Shown: one piece after another, positions 9,732 through 19,526 of the stretch
Layout: each line of letters starts with the position of its first letter
Position numbering within the stretch: the stretch's first letter is position 1
From: Candidatus Helarchaeota archaeon
GTDB taxonomy: Archaea; Asgardarchaeota; Lokiarchaeia; Helarchaeales; RDOG01
Reading direction: 5' to 3'
Assembly (NCBI GenBank): GCA_019058315.1
Contig: JAHPZH010000003.1
Location: 105,669 to 169,668, forward strand
DNA length: 64,000 nucleotides
Made by a program: the position numbers and the translations under genes
The notes under the pieces: generated by a model
Database searches by the model: none
What the model was told of the DNA's origin: nothing
Seen by the model: the letters and a program-made list of their open reading frames with translations, nothing else

Positions 9732-11204
9732 TTATGAAGATTTTACTTTTCGATAATAGAAAAGAACTGCAATAGCTGCTGCAACACCTATCAGAGGTAA
9801 AATAATAAATAACGCGAGCATCGTATTGTCTTCGGGTATTAAAAGCAATATAAGAGGATTTATAGCTCCTTTTTTATGTTCTGTAGTAGGTCCATTAAAA
9901 ATCCTGCAAAAAACACCTCGAGCTGATCCATCTTGATCCATACTATCCCAAGATATTATAAATGAGGTGTTACCATAACAACATACAGAAGGACGCTGTT
10001 GATCATTAGTTGTAATCTTATTCACTAGGATATCATCTGTTTGATTAACACCCGTTAAATTGAATAGTTTCGCGAAAATTCCCCATCCACTTCCATCTTG
10101 ACCATTGCTTTCCCAAGCGACAACAAAAGAGCCATTGTCAAAACAATCAATATCTGGATTTTGTTTACTGCTCGTTATATTTGTATTAACTCTTATTTCT
10201 CCGGTTAGAGGAGTGCCATTGTAATTAAAAATTCGGACACCAATACCATCAATATCTCCTGGAACGTCACCCTGCCAAGTTACTATGAAAGTATCATTAC
10301 CAAAACAACAAACTCTGTGATAAAAATCAAAATTTGAATTGGGTTCATTCACCAAAATATCATCAGTCTGGTTATGTCCGGTTGAGTTAAAGACCTTGGC
10401 ATAAATATCATAATCACCATCTTGATCGCTACACCAAGTAACAATAAAAGAGCCGTTATTGAAACAACCTACGGAGGGGAATTTTTGATTACTTGTCTTA
10501 TTCGTATTTACCATGATATCATCCGTTCTATTATCACCAGTTGCATTGAAAATCTTGACATATATATCATCGTCACTTGAAGTTGTATCGTGTTCCCAAG
10601 CTATTACAAAAGAGCCATTATTAAAACAATCAATGGATGAAGGATATTGATCATCGGTGGTATTTGTATTTACTATGATATGGTCAGTTTGAGCTTGTCC
10701 TGTTGAGTTAAAAATTCTAGTGATAACCCCATAGTAACTCATTTCATCTTCACCAAGACTTGACCAAGTTATCACGTTTGTTTCTTCGGAATTGTAAGAA
10801 ATTGAAGGTGTTATTTGAGAACCACCCGTATATTGGTCATTAACTAAAATATCATTTGTTAAATTCATTCCCTTTGAATCGAAGTTTTTAAGATAAATAC
10901 CATTTGTATCTCCTGAACCATTACCACGCCAGACTACTGTAAAGGCACCACTCGAATTGCAACTAACATCTGCAGTCCATTGCTCGCCCGAGATAAACGT
11001 ATTAACTTGTATTTCATCTCCTTTTGTTATTTCAATGGCTTTTGGTGTTAGTTCTTTGACATAGTTTTTTGAATCAATTGTTTGGGAAAGTAAACACGTG
11101 TAACTTTGCAGAGAATTTTGAACTTGAATCGTTGAAAGTAGACCTATCGTAATTAATAAAATTATATATGCAATTTTAGTCTTTTTTACCAATTTATCTC
11201 TCAC
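9732..11204 (-). CDS. Cell-surface repeat glycoprotein (7 repeats, probable beta-propeller) with C-terminal membrane anchor
   Basis: N-terminal signal/TM; seven ~55 aa repeats VNxxxxxxQxxPxxxCFxNGSFVxxW; many NxS/T sequons; C-terminal TM followed by RKVK. Confidence 0.8.
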   Translation of the reverse strand: MRDKLVKKTKIAYIILLITIGLLSTIQVQNSLQSYTCLLSQTIDSKNYVKELTPKAIEITKGDEIQVNTFISGEQWTADVSCNSSGAFTVVWRGNGSGDTNGIYLKNFDSKGMNLTNDILVNDQYTGGSQITPSISYNSEETNVITWSSLGEDEMSYYGVITRIFNSTGQAQTDHIIVNTNTTDDQYPSSIDCFNNGSFVIAWEHDTTSSDDDIYVKIFNATGDNRTDDIMVNTNKTSNQKFPSVGCFNNGSFIVTWCSDQDGDYDIYAKVFNSTGHNQTDDILVNEPNSNFDFYHRVCCFGNDTFIVTWQGDVPGDIDGIGVRIFNYNGTPLTGEIRVNTNITSSKQNPDIDCFDNGSFVVAWESNGQDGSGWGIFAKLFNLTGVNQTDDILVNKITTNDQQRPSVCCYGNTSFIISWDSMDQDGSARGVFCRIFNGPTTEHKKGAINPLILLLIPEDNTMLALFIILPLIGVAAAIAVLFYYRKVKSS

Positions 11205-11281
11205 CTATAGTTATATCTGAGAGATTTTTTTTTCATTCTCAAATATTTAAATCTTGTGTTGAATGATTTCAAAAGGGAATA

Positions 11282-11665
11282 TTATTTATTATCTATTAGT
11301 TCATTTAATTTCTTTTGACGAAATTTTTTAAATTTTGAAGGTTTAATAGATTTTATTGCAATTAAAGGGTTATTCTTAGGCAATCCATGTGGTAAAATAA
11401 ATTCCTCATTCTCTAATTTTAATAAATATTTTTTGGCATCCTTGAATAAAGAATACTTGCCATTCTTACTGGTATTTAGGTCTTTTTTTTCCCTATAATA
11501 GTCAAAGGTACTCCATTTTTCTTTGCTACGTGCCCATACAATTAAATAATTTCTATCCTTTGGAATTAAGGTATATTTGGTAATTTTTTGGTTTGTTTTT
11601 AGTAAAATGCTAATTAAATTCTCTGATTCCCAATATACAAATTCACCTTTCTGTAATTCTTCCAA
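11282..11665 (-). CDS. Hypothetical protein (basic)
   Basis: 127 aa ORF 3 bp downstream of the co-oriented upstream ORF. Confidence 0.6.
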   Translation of the reverse strand: MEELQKGEFVYWESENLISILLKTNQKITKYTLIPKDRNYLIVWARSKEKWSTFDYYREKKDLNTSKNGKYSLFKDAKKYLLKLENEEFILPHGLPKNNPLIAIKSIKPSKFKKFRQKKLNELIDNK

Positions 11666-11668
11666 GGC

Positions 11669-12049
11669 TTACCACTTGAATATAAATTCATCAACTTCAA
11701 GAATATCATTGATTTTGATCTTAATTTTAGCAATACTTTCAAGGGCATGTTCATCTTCGGAAAATGTGTGAGAGCTATACCGTTCCATTGTGCAAGTGGT
11801 GGATATTTCAAAAATTCCTTTTTCTAATTCCTTTATAGAATTTACCTTTATCTCTTTAAGAACCCAAGAGGATTCGACGCCCCACCATATATTATATCCT
11901 TTTAATGATTTTAATTTGTTATTAAATTCTTCCTTTGTTATTTTTTTATTGAATAATTTTTGGTATAACTCCATTCCCTCATCTTCGTCTTTTTGAAGCT
12001 CTTTTTTTATTATCTTTTTGATAGTTTTTTCTGTAAATTTTTCTTTCAT
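11669..12049 (-). CDS. Hypothetical protein
   Basis: 126 aa ATG ORF, no recognisable motif. Confidence 0.65.
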   Translation of the reverse strand: MKEKFTEKTIKKIIKKELQKDEDEGMELYQKLFNKKITKEEFNNKLKSLKGYNIWWGVESSWVLKEIKVNSIKELEKGIFEISTTCTMERYSSHTFSEDEHALESIAKIKIKINDILEVDEFIFKW

Positions 12050-12144
12050 TTCTTCAACTCGAAAAATATCTTAATTTTCCTAAAATTTTAAAGTTTTGTC
12101 TAATTTGTTATCATATAAAATTTAAATCATGGAAAGAAAAAAAG

Positions 12145-12876
12145 ATGGAAGTAATTCCAAAATATGCTGCTAGTGTAATTCTGATTCGTAATTTTAAAGA
12201 GAAAGGAGATAAGTTTTTTGAAGTCCTGTTGATTAAAAGGTCAGAAACGATGAAATTTCTAGGAGGATTTCATGCTTTTCCTGGAGGGAAAATAAAGGAA
12301 GATGATTATATTGAAAAAAATTTAGAAAGATGTAGGGGATTGAGTATAGATCAAGCTTATGATATCTTATATAATCAAAATACCTCTTTTAAAGAAAAAA
12401 AAATTGCATTAAGTTGCTGGATTGCTGCTATTCGTGAAGTTTTTGAAGAAGTTGGCATTTTAATCGCATACAAGGATAACAAGTTAATTGATTTGTCTAA
12501 TAAAAGTAAAATAAACAAATTTCAAGAATATAGAGGTAATTTAATAAAAAATGAAATTTCCATGTTGGAAATAATGGAAACAGAAGATCTATTTTATGCA
12601 GTTGATAAACTCCATTATTTTCGTCATTTTATCACTCCACCATTTGCCCCAATTAGATTTGATACACGATTTTTTCTCACTAAATTACCCGACGGTCAAC
12701 AAGGAATAGACCCAGATAATAAAGAAATTGTTGATTATGAATGGCTAACACCAAAAAATTCTTTGAAAAAATATAGAAAAAAAGAGATTAAAATCATTCC
12801 ACCACAATATGCTTGTTTAAGAGGTTTAATGAACAGAGATCAAATTCGAGAACTTGAAAAATGCGATCTTATTTAG
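12145..12876 (+). CDS. Nudix hydrolase, NUDT19/CoA-pyrophosphatase-like
   Basis: AASVIL, FPGGK, AAIREVFEEVGI split by a long insert, FITPPFAPIRFDTRFF. Confidence 0.88.
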   Translation: MEVIPKYAASVILIRNFKEKGDKFFEVLLIKRSETMKFLGGFHAFPGGKIKEDDYIEKNLERCRGLSIDQAYDILYNQNTSFKEKKIALSCWIAAIREVFEEVGILIAYKDNKLIDLSNKSKINKFQEYRGNLIKNEISMLEIMETEDLFYAVDKLHYFRHFITPPFAPIRFDTRFFLTKLPDGQQGIDPDNKEIVDYEWLTPKNSLKKYRKKEIKIIPPQYACLRGLMNRDQIRELEKCDLI

Positions 12877-12984
12877 ACCTAGATAACATAAAAAAAATAT
12901 ACATTTTTCATAAAAGATCGAATTTATTGATCAAAATTAGATGATTTTACTATTTGATCCAATAAAAGGGAAAGGTCAAAGTTA

Positions 12985-13308
12985 ATGATTTGGTTAATAC
13001 TCAGCTTTCTATTTGTATATGGATTTATGCTTTGTATGTATTATGGCATGCAACATCTAAAAACCACAAAAAATGACATTCAAACTTCTTTTAAATCTAA
13101 TGTTGAGAAAGGTGTCCCATTAGAAGCTGTAGGTAGGCTTTACTCTGATTCGATCAATATTCCAATTCTTGATGATACCCTAAATAACCAACATAATCGA
13201 AATCTTGAAAATCCTCAAAACAAAGAAATGATAATTTGCAGAGCATGTTCCAGATCTATACCAGTAGATTCAAAGTTTTGCATTTATTGTGGTTCAAAAT
13301 TATTTTAA
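12985..13308 (+). CDS. Membrane-anchored zinc-ribbon protein
   Basis: N-terminal TM; C-terminal CRAC...FCIYCG. Confidence 0.75.
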   Translation: MIWLILSFLFVYGFMLCMYYGMQHLKTTKNDIQTSFKSNVEKGVPLEAVGRLYSDSINIPILDDTLNNQHNRNLENPQNKEMIICRACSRSIPVDSKFCIYCGSKLF

Positions 13309-13522
13309 AATTAAAACTCTCTATTTTTTTTATAATATTGGCGCTAATTTTTATTGAAATAATGGGATATTTGTAAAAATAAATTACTTTTTACTCAAAA
13401 GTCGTAAATAGCTGCTGATTAAAAAAATATTTAAATTATCTATATAAAATTAGATTTAAATTTGAATTAAAACTAATTATCATACCATTAATTAAAAAAT
13501 TAGGAAACGATGTGAGTTTCTT

Positions 13523-14122
13523 ATGTCTGATGAGATAGAAATAGAATCATTAAAGAAGATGTCTAAAGATCTTTACAATCAGAACCAGAAATTAAAGCAA
13601 GAAATCAAGGCGCTTCAAGAACAGATTTATAGTATTTTTTCACAATATAAAATGGTTACAGGAAAGACCCTTGAATCAGCATTGGACTGCGCTAAAATTG
13701 CAGATGAGTTAGTTGATGGAGCTAAAGAAGAATTATTAATTATTACTCCTGTTATTGATAAAAAATATGTAGGCAAAATATTTGACAAGGTCAATAAAAA
13801 AGTAAATGTAATGATAGTAACATCCGAAATGGATCAATTGAAAACTAAAGACCTTAAACAATATATAGAAAATTTGAAAGCGATTAAATCAAATGAATTG
13901 ATAAAGAGTTTTACAAATCCTACAACAAGGTCCTTTATAATTATTAAAGATAAAGAACGAGCGTTAGTTTCTAGTGGAGCCTTAGCTGAGATGGTGATGA
14001 CTTTAACGCAGAATATAGGATTTATGTTAACAAATAAGAATGATTTAAATACATTACTCAGGTTTTTTAAACAACATCTTCCTAGGTTTGTAAAAGTTGA
14101 TTTAATACCGGTGACAGACTAA
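13523..14122 (+). CDS. Coiled-coil plus degenerate PLD-like (TrmB-type) domain protein
   Basis: AKEELLIITPVID...VNVMIVT...RSFIIIKDKERALVSSGAL fits the PLD fold, but the HxK catalytic residues are missing. Confidence 0.6.
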   Translation: MSDEIEIESLKKMSKDLYNQNQKLKQEIKALQEQIYSIFSQYKMVTGKTLESALDCAKIADELVDGAKEELLIITPVIDKKYVGKIFDKVNKKVNVMIVTSEMDQLKTKDLKQYIENLKAIKSNELIKSFTNPTTRSFIIIKDKERALVSSGALAEMVMTLTQNIGFMLTNKNDLNTLLRFFKQHLPRFVKVDLIPVTD

Positions 14123-14129
14123 AAATAGA

Positions 14130-14519
14130 TTATTTTCGGGAAACTTTTCTCATTTTATCAAATGTTTCAGCTAAAATATTTACTAAATTAGGATTCTCTA
14201 CATTTTTTAAAATATTTCCTGCAGCTCCTTTGAGTATATCTTTGAAATTTAGAGGATTTTCGTCCTTCCTTAATAATAAAGCCACTATATGGTTTGGAAT
14301 CCCAATATAGTTCTCTCCCTCAAGTCCCGAATAAAAGCTTGAGATTTTCATATTAGGTTGTGTAGTAACTGCAAAAGATGGTTCATTAGATTGTAATCGA
14401 TGAGTTGAATAAATCGACATCAATAATCGTTCTGTTACTTTATATCTCTTTGGATATTGGGCTATTAAAGATGTCCCAATTTCATTATCCCATTTTAATA
14501 GGATGATTCCTAGTGGCAT
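14130..14519 (-). CDS. Stand-alone uDENN/longin-like domain protein
   Basis: GIILLKWDNEIGTSLIAQYP matches the F/W-D-xxx-G-xxxxxx-YP start of uDENN longins; paralogous to the N-terminus of 17889..18980. Confidence 0.65.
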   Translation of the reverse strand: MPLGIILLKWDNEIGTSLIAQYPKRYKVTERLLMSIYSTHRLQSNEPSFAVTTQPNMKISSFYSGLEGENYIGIPNHIVALLLRKDENPLNFKDILKGAAGNILKNVENPNLVNILAETFDKMRKVSRK

Positions 14520-14532
14520 AATTTTATCTCCT

Positions 14533-15669
14533 TCACTTTGGAATTGAAACTACATCATTTTCAACTTTTACTAAACCTCTTCGTTGAAGTTCCATAGCTA
14601 ATCGTCGAGTGTTTGCCACGGATTGTCCAATTGCCTTTGCTAACTGATCTAAAGTTCTAGAACCTGCGTCATCTACAATTACAAATATTCTTAGTGTTGG
14701 TTCAGTTTCCAATATTTTTTTCATGCTTTCCATTAATGCTAATGCATTTTGCTTCTCTTTTATAGCTTTTTCAGCTTCTTCTTTAATTTTGTCTGTATCT
14801 TCTTTAAGCTCTTTATATTCTTCCATTCCTTTTTTCGAATCTAAAACTTGGGTTTGAAGTTCTTCAATTTGTTTTATATATTTTTGTTCTTTTTCCAATA
14901 ACTTGGAAATTTTTTCCTCATTTAGTGTAATAATTCCATCTTTTTCCTTTAATTGAAGTGATAATTCTTTTTCCAATTCTTTAAAGTCAAATTCTTCTAA
15001 ATCTTCTTTTAGACCATCCATATGATATTTTATTCGCAATTTATTAACTTGTTCTTGAAATCTGTTATAAGATTCTTTATAAGTATCTAATTCCGTTTCG
15101 AGTGTTTTAATTCGTTGATCCTTTTCTACTAATTCACCCTTAACGTCAGCAACTGCAGCTTTTTCAATATCTGTTTTTGATTTTTCAAAACCATCTTTTA
15201 TAGCTTTTATCTCTACTTTTAATGAATTGACTTCGTCGTCTTTTAATTTCAATTTTGAATCGAATTCAGCTTTAATTTCACCGATCTCTAGGTCTTTTTC
15301 TTTTAAACGTACACCGTATTCTCCTTGCTCTTGCATTCTTTTCATTAATTTGTCGTATCTTTCTTTTACGACTGTTAATTCTGTAGACAATTCAGTCATT
15401 TTAAAGTCTTTTTCGCTCATCTCATTTTCAAATGAACTAATTTCTGCTCGTTGCCGACCGATTATTGCTCTTAATTCTATCACATCGGTAGGGAAATCAA
15501 CCATACCATCCATTTTATCTTCTAATTCCTTAATTTTTGTCTCATACTTTTTAAGTTTGTCATTTAACATTGTATTCTCAGTTTGGAGAGCTCTAAGGCG
15601 ATTTACTACACTTGCCTCATCTTTTTGTTTTTTATCTACATTAGATATTAAATCTTCGATATCAGGCAT
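14533..15669 (-). CDS. Long coiled-coil protein with C-terminal winged helix-turn-helix
   Basis: About 300 aa of heptad E/K-rich sequence, then RTLDQLAKAIGQSVANTRRLAMELQRRGLVKVEND. Confidence 0.8.
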   Translation of the reverse strand: MPDIEDLISNVDKKQKDEASVVNRLRALQTENTMLNDKLKKYETKIKELEDKMDGMVDFPTDVIELRAIIGRQRAEISSFENEMSEKDFKMTELSTELTVVKERYDKLMKRMQEQGEYGVRLKEKDLEIGEIKAEFDSKLKLKDDEVNSLKVEIKAIKDGFEKSKTDIEKAAVADVKGELVEKDQRIKTLETELDTYKESYNRFQEQVNKLRIKYHMDGLKEDLEEFDFKELEKELSLQLKEKDGIITLNEEKISKLLEKEQKYIKQIEELQTQVLDSKKGMEEYKELKEDTDKIKEEAEKAIKEKQNALALMESMKKILETEPTLRIFVIVDDAGSRTLDQLAKAIGQSVANTRRLAMELQRRGLVKVENDVVSIPK

Positions 15670-15906
15670 ATAATCACCAGTGTTTTAAGTGAGGTTATGA
15701 TCGAATAATGAATTCTTTATAATTCTTAATTATGTATGAATAGTATTAAAATTATACTTAATAAATAAGTAAATTTTCTTGAAAAACAATTGAAATTAGT
15801 CTTTAATTAAATAAATAAAATAATAACTAATTTTAATGTTTATTTACAGATTAGATGTGGTAAAAAGCTAAATATTTAAATAAATTTTTAGGATTGGATT
15901 ATTTAA

Positions 15907-17628
15907 TTAACTAGAATCAAATTGCTCGATTTTCTTTTCCACTTCTTCTAAATTACCCTCCAATTTCTTAAGAACATTTTTAAATATTTTTTCTGTCAAC
16001 TCGCCACTTTTAAATTGTTTCGCTAACAATTTCATTTTAAATTGAATATTCTCTTTTTCTTTATTTAATTCTTCAACTTCTTTAGGTATTTTTACCGTTT
16101 TTACTTTAGGCTTAACTACTGGTTTTGGGGCAGGTTTTACAACTGGTTTTGGGGCAGGTTTTACAACTGGTTTTGGAGCCTTTTCGAATGTTTTTTGAAG
16201 ATCTTCTTTAATTTTTGCTTCTCTTTCTTTTTTTACTCTCTCTTCATCTGTTACTTTCTTTTCTTCCTCTGCTTCTTTCCTTCTTTTCTCCAACTCCTCT
16301 TTCGCTTTCTCCTCTTCTGCTTCTTTTTTCTTTTTTTCTTCTTCTATCCTTCTCTTTTCTTCTGCTTCCATTTTCTTTTTTTCTTCTTCCATTTTTAAGA
16401 GTTCTTGCTCTTGCTTTAATTTTTCTTCTTCTTCCTTCATTATTTTTTCCATTTTTTCCTTTTCTTTCTTAACAATATCTTCTTCTATGGAGTCTTTAGT
16501 TATTGGTGATGGTGTGGCTTCTTCAGGAATTATAGGTTCAGAACTAGTTTCTGAAGATACTTGAACTCCTTGTTGAAGTTCAGCTAATTTTGAATGTAAA
16601 AATTTAGCTTGTGCTTTAAAATGCTGCATTAAGTCTTCTTCTTCAAGAACTACACATAAATCAGCAATAGCATCGAATTTCTCGGCAGCAAGTTGAATAT
16701 TCCCAGCCATAATAGCAGCTTCGGCTTCTGCAATTAGTCTATCACGTTCTAAAAGAGGTTTAATAAAGGGAGCAATCAGACTTCTAACTTTTATTGTGTC
16801 TGCTATGATATTTAACATAGTTTCTCTGTTATTAGGATCGATGGCGATCATAGCGTAAGTTTTATATCCTAGATATTCCTCAATTTCTTCTGGGACCATG
16901 GATTCTGGTAGATCTTGTTTATTAGCAACTATAGCTATTCGAGCATGCGGTTCCTCTTTTTTTATTAATTCAATAAAAAATTTAGATTCACGAACATTTT
17001 TTGGAGAAGAATCAAGAATTAGTATTACCGAATCAGCACCTTTAATAAATTTATTCCAAACAAAAGAATATTTTTCCTGTCCTGCAAAATCCCAAAGATA
17101 TAAATTAACATGACCTAGCTTTATTGTCGCTACATCACCTGTTATTGTTGGTACATGGCGCATTGGGATATCTTCAGCACGAATTAATCTTGTTAATGTT
17201 GTCTTACCTACACCACTAAATCCAACAAGAGCTATTTTTGGACGTAATTCTTTGAATACTTCATCAGCCACTTCATGGAACCCTTCATATGCAGCTGAGT
17301 CTTGTTGCAAATCAATAATTGAATCATACTTTGAAAAAAATTCGTTTCTTATGATTTCTAATTGTTGAGTTATATTATCATTATCGTCAGTTAGGTCTGT
17401 TATGAAAATAAATAATAGATTATGATCAATATCAGTAGCATAAGCGATTTTAAAATTAATTATATTCATAAATTCAATCGTATTTTCTTTAGCATCTTTT
17501 AAAAAGTCAATTAATGATACTAATATTGGTGATAGAGCTTGGATTGATATTCCTTCCCCATATGTCCTTTTAAAAATTTGAAACTTTTCTTTGAGAATAA
17601 GGATTTCACGAAGCATCTTAATTACCAA
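15907..17628 (-). CDS. Longin - Arf-like small GTPase - helical/coiled-coil fusion protein
   Basis: N-terminal longin-like ~125 aa; G1 GFSGVGKTT, G2 PTIT, G3 WDFAGQE, G4 ANKQDLP; then a helical bundle, E/K coiled coil, PKPVVKPA repeats and a short C-terminal helical domain. Confidence 0.88.
   Translation of the reverse strand: MVIKMLREILILKEKFQIFKRTYGEGISIQALSPILVSLIDFLKDAKENTIEFMNIINFKIAYATDIDHNLLFIFITDLTDDNDNITQQLEIIRNEFFSKYDSIIDLQQDSAAYEGFHEVADEVFKELRPKIALVGFSGVGKTTLTRLIRAEDIPMRHVPTITGDVATIKLGHVNLYLWDFAGQEKYSFVWNKFIKGADSVILILDSSPKNVRESKFFIELIKKEEPHARIAIVANKQDLPESMVPEEIEEYLGYKTYAMIAIDPNNRETMLNIIADTIKVRSLIAPFIKPLLERDRLIAEAEAAIMAGNIQLAAEKFDAIADLCVVLEEEDLMQHFKAQAKFLHSKLAELQQGVQVSSETSSEPIIPEEATPSPITKDSIEEDIVKKEKEKMEKIMKEEEEKLKQEQELLKMEEEKKKMEAEEKRRIEEEKKKKEAEEEKAKEELEKRRKEAEEEKKVTDEERVKKEREAKIKEDLQKTFEKAPKPVVKPAPKPVVKPAPKPVVKPKVKTVKIPKEVEELNKEKENIQFKMKLLAKQFKSGELTEKIFKNVLKKLEGNLEEVEKKIEQFDSS
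16109..16180. repeat. 24 bp coding tandem repeat (3 copies, PKPVVKPA)
   Basis: ggttttggggcaggttttacaact units within the GTPase fusion gene. Confidence 0.85.
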
Positions 17629-17888
17629 TTAAATGATTTCAAGCAAAACATTAATATTTATCGTTATTTCCAATAAATTCTATTTTATTTCTAAAATGAA
17701 ATAATGACTTTAACTTTATCGAATTACTATTAAAAAAATTACTTATTTTTATCGCTTTAAGTTCAATGCTATTACTATTATTTTAAGAAACTCAACTTAA
17801 AATTAAAAATAGATTGTTTAAATTAGTTATAATTAACCAATAATTAATCAAAAATAGAAATATGGATTGGTAATTTATTATCAAGCGT

Positions 17889-18980
17889 CTAATGTTCTTT
17901 GAACTCACCATAGCGGTCTTGAAGTATTCTTAAATGTTCAATTAGAATATAATCAGGTTGAGAACCTTCATAGTAGATTTGGCGGATTTTATCAATTAAA
18001 TATTCTGGGAACACATATTTTACTTTAATATCCGAACGTAAAAACAGATATTCGTTGCCCTTTTTATCCTTTAAGACCGATATCATTTGAGCATCCCAGA
18101 GTCTTTGTAATGTTTCATCAAAATTTTCGATACTTCCATACAACCTTTGATAAGTCTTAGATTTTTGGGAAACTGGAGCTACTCTTAATTCTTTAATCAC
18201 AGTATAACAGTTCATATCCGTAATTAAATCAAGAATCAATTCTGTGTCTTCTGGATTTGGTGAGTATTTTTCAAAAAATGTTCTCACATCATCCATATAA
18301 TTTTTAAGAACGGATGGATCCAGATCTTTCATTGTTTTTGAACGTACAATAGATGCTCTTGGAGGGACTCTACTTACGAAAATATCCCCGATGAGGAAAA
18401 TAGATGAACTAGTCATTGCTTCTAAAGTTTCTTCACGTATTAGTTTGTTTCGAAGCATACTATTCACAATCGAGTCAACATCGATATATTCGCTCCCATA
18501 TTTATCTCTTAACCAAGCTGAAAGCTCAGATTTAGTAAGTGTACTGTCTTCTATGAGTCTATCTAAAATCATTTTTTTGATAGGATCTAGAAGTATTAAT
18601 GCCAATTTTTGCTCATCAGTCATTTTAGGATAGGTAGCGATATGTTTGAAATAACCAGGAAGTTCTTCAATATATTTTTTTCCTTTTAGTTGTGACATTA
18701 CTCTTCTTATTGTATCGGATAAGATATCTTCATAATCTTCTGGGCTTTCATCAATTGAAAGGAGTACAACCATATAATAATCAGTATCTCCAGTATAATA
18801 ACTGGCAAGATTTAAATCACCAATACTAAGTGAAAGAAATCCCGCTTCTTCTTCAAACTCGTGATTGGTATAAATTTGCTTCGTAATAGTGTCGTTAACA
18901 TCAAGATTTTCTGGATATTGGGCTTCAACCCGCATACCATACTTTTTATCCCATTTAATTACACTAATTCCAAAAAGCAT
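17889..18980 (-). CDS. uDENN/longin-like domain plus winged-helix domains protein
   Basis: GISVIKWDKKYGMRVEAQYP...LASYYTG...VLLSIDESPEDYEDIL; wHTH-like LTKSELSAWL...VDSIVNSMLRNKLIRE and a second FDETLQRLWDAQMISVL. Confidence 0.65.
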   Translation of the reverse strand: MLFGISVIKWDKKYGMRVEAQYPENLDVNDTITKQIYTNHEFEEEAGFLSLSIGDLNLASYYTGDTDYYMVVLLSIDESPEDYEDILSDTIRRVMSQLKGKKYIEELPGYFKHIATYPKMTDEQKLALILLDPIKKMILDRLIEDSTLTKSELSAWLRDKYGSEYIDVDSIVNSMLRNKLIREETLEAMTSSSIFLIGDIFVSRVPPRASIVRSKTMKDLDPSVLKNYMDDVRTFFEKYSPNPEDTELILDLITDMNCYTVIKELRVAPVSQKSKTYQRLYGSIENFDETLQRLWDAQMISVLKDKKGNEYLFLRSDIKVKYVFPEYLIDKIRQIYYEGSQPDYILIEHLRILQDRYGEFKEH

Positions 18981-19188
18981 TGTCTTTTTTCTCCTATAGT
19001 ATTTTTATTTTTTTTTCTTTTATTTAAATATTGTTTTACTAAAGTCAAATGTTGAATAATTGAAAAAACTTATTATTTTAGTGAAAGAACAGATTTTTAT
19101 ATTGAGTTTAATTAGAGAATAAAGAAGCTTAGATTTTTAAAAAGTTATAGCTTATGGAACAAATATTTGCAGAAATATTGGTGGTAAA

Positions 19189-19452
19189 ATGGGTAAATTT
19201 CGTAGTATTAGAGCAAAAGAAAATAAAAAGTGTGATAATTGCGGTCAAATGATTGGTGATGGGGATATGTATTTATTTAACGAGGAAGAAAATGTAATTC
19301 TTTGTCATTTCTGTAATTATCAGCTACAAAAGAAAGAAAAAGCTTCCGAAGACTCCCCAAAACCTACAGGATCCGGAACTGGAGACTTTAAAAAGTCTGT
19401 ATCAAAGTTAGATAAATTAATTGAAGATACTTTAGGAAAAAAAGATGAATAA
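19189..19452 (+). CDS. Small zinc-finger protein
   Basis: CDNC...CHFC; SD GGTGG upstream. Confidence 0.7.
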   Translation: MGKFRSIRAKENKKCDNCGQMIGDGDMYLFNEEENVILCHFCNYQLQKKEKASEDSPKPTGSGTGDFKKSVSKLDKLIEDTLGKKDE

Positions 19453-19526
19453 CTCCCCAACTTAATTATAATCTTACTTATTTTATCTCTTTTTCAATTA
19501 ATTGAATATAAAATGAAAGAATTTTG

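Noticed and set aside
14533-15669. Coiled-coil protein as an SMC/Rad50 or ESCRT subunit
   Set aside because: No Walker motifs, hinge or zinc hook, and no recognisable Snf7 or Vps domain pattern
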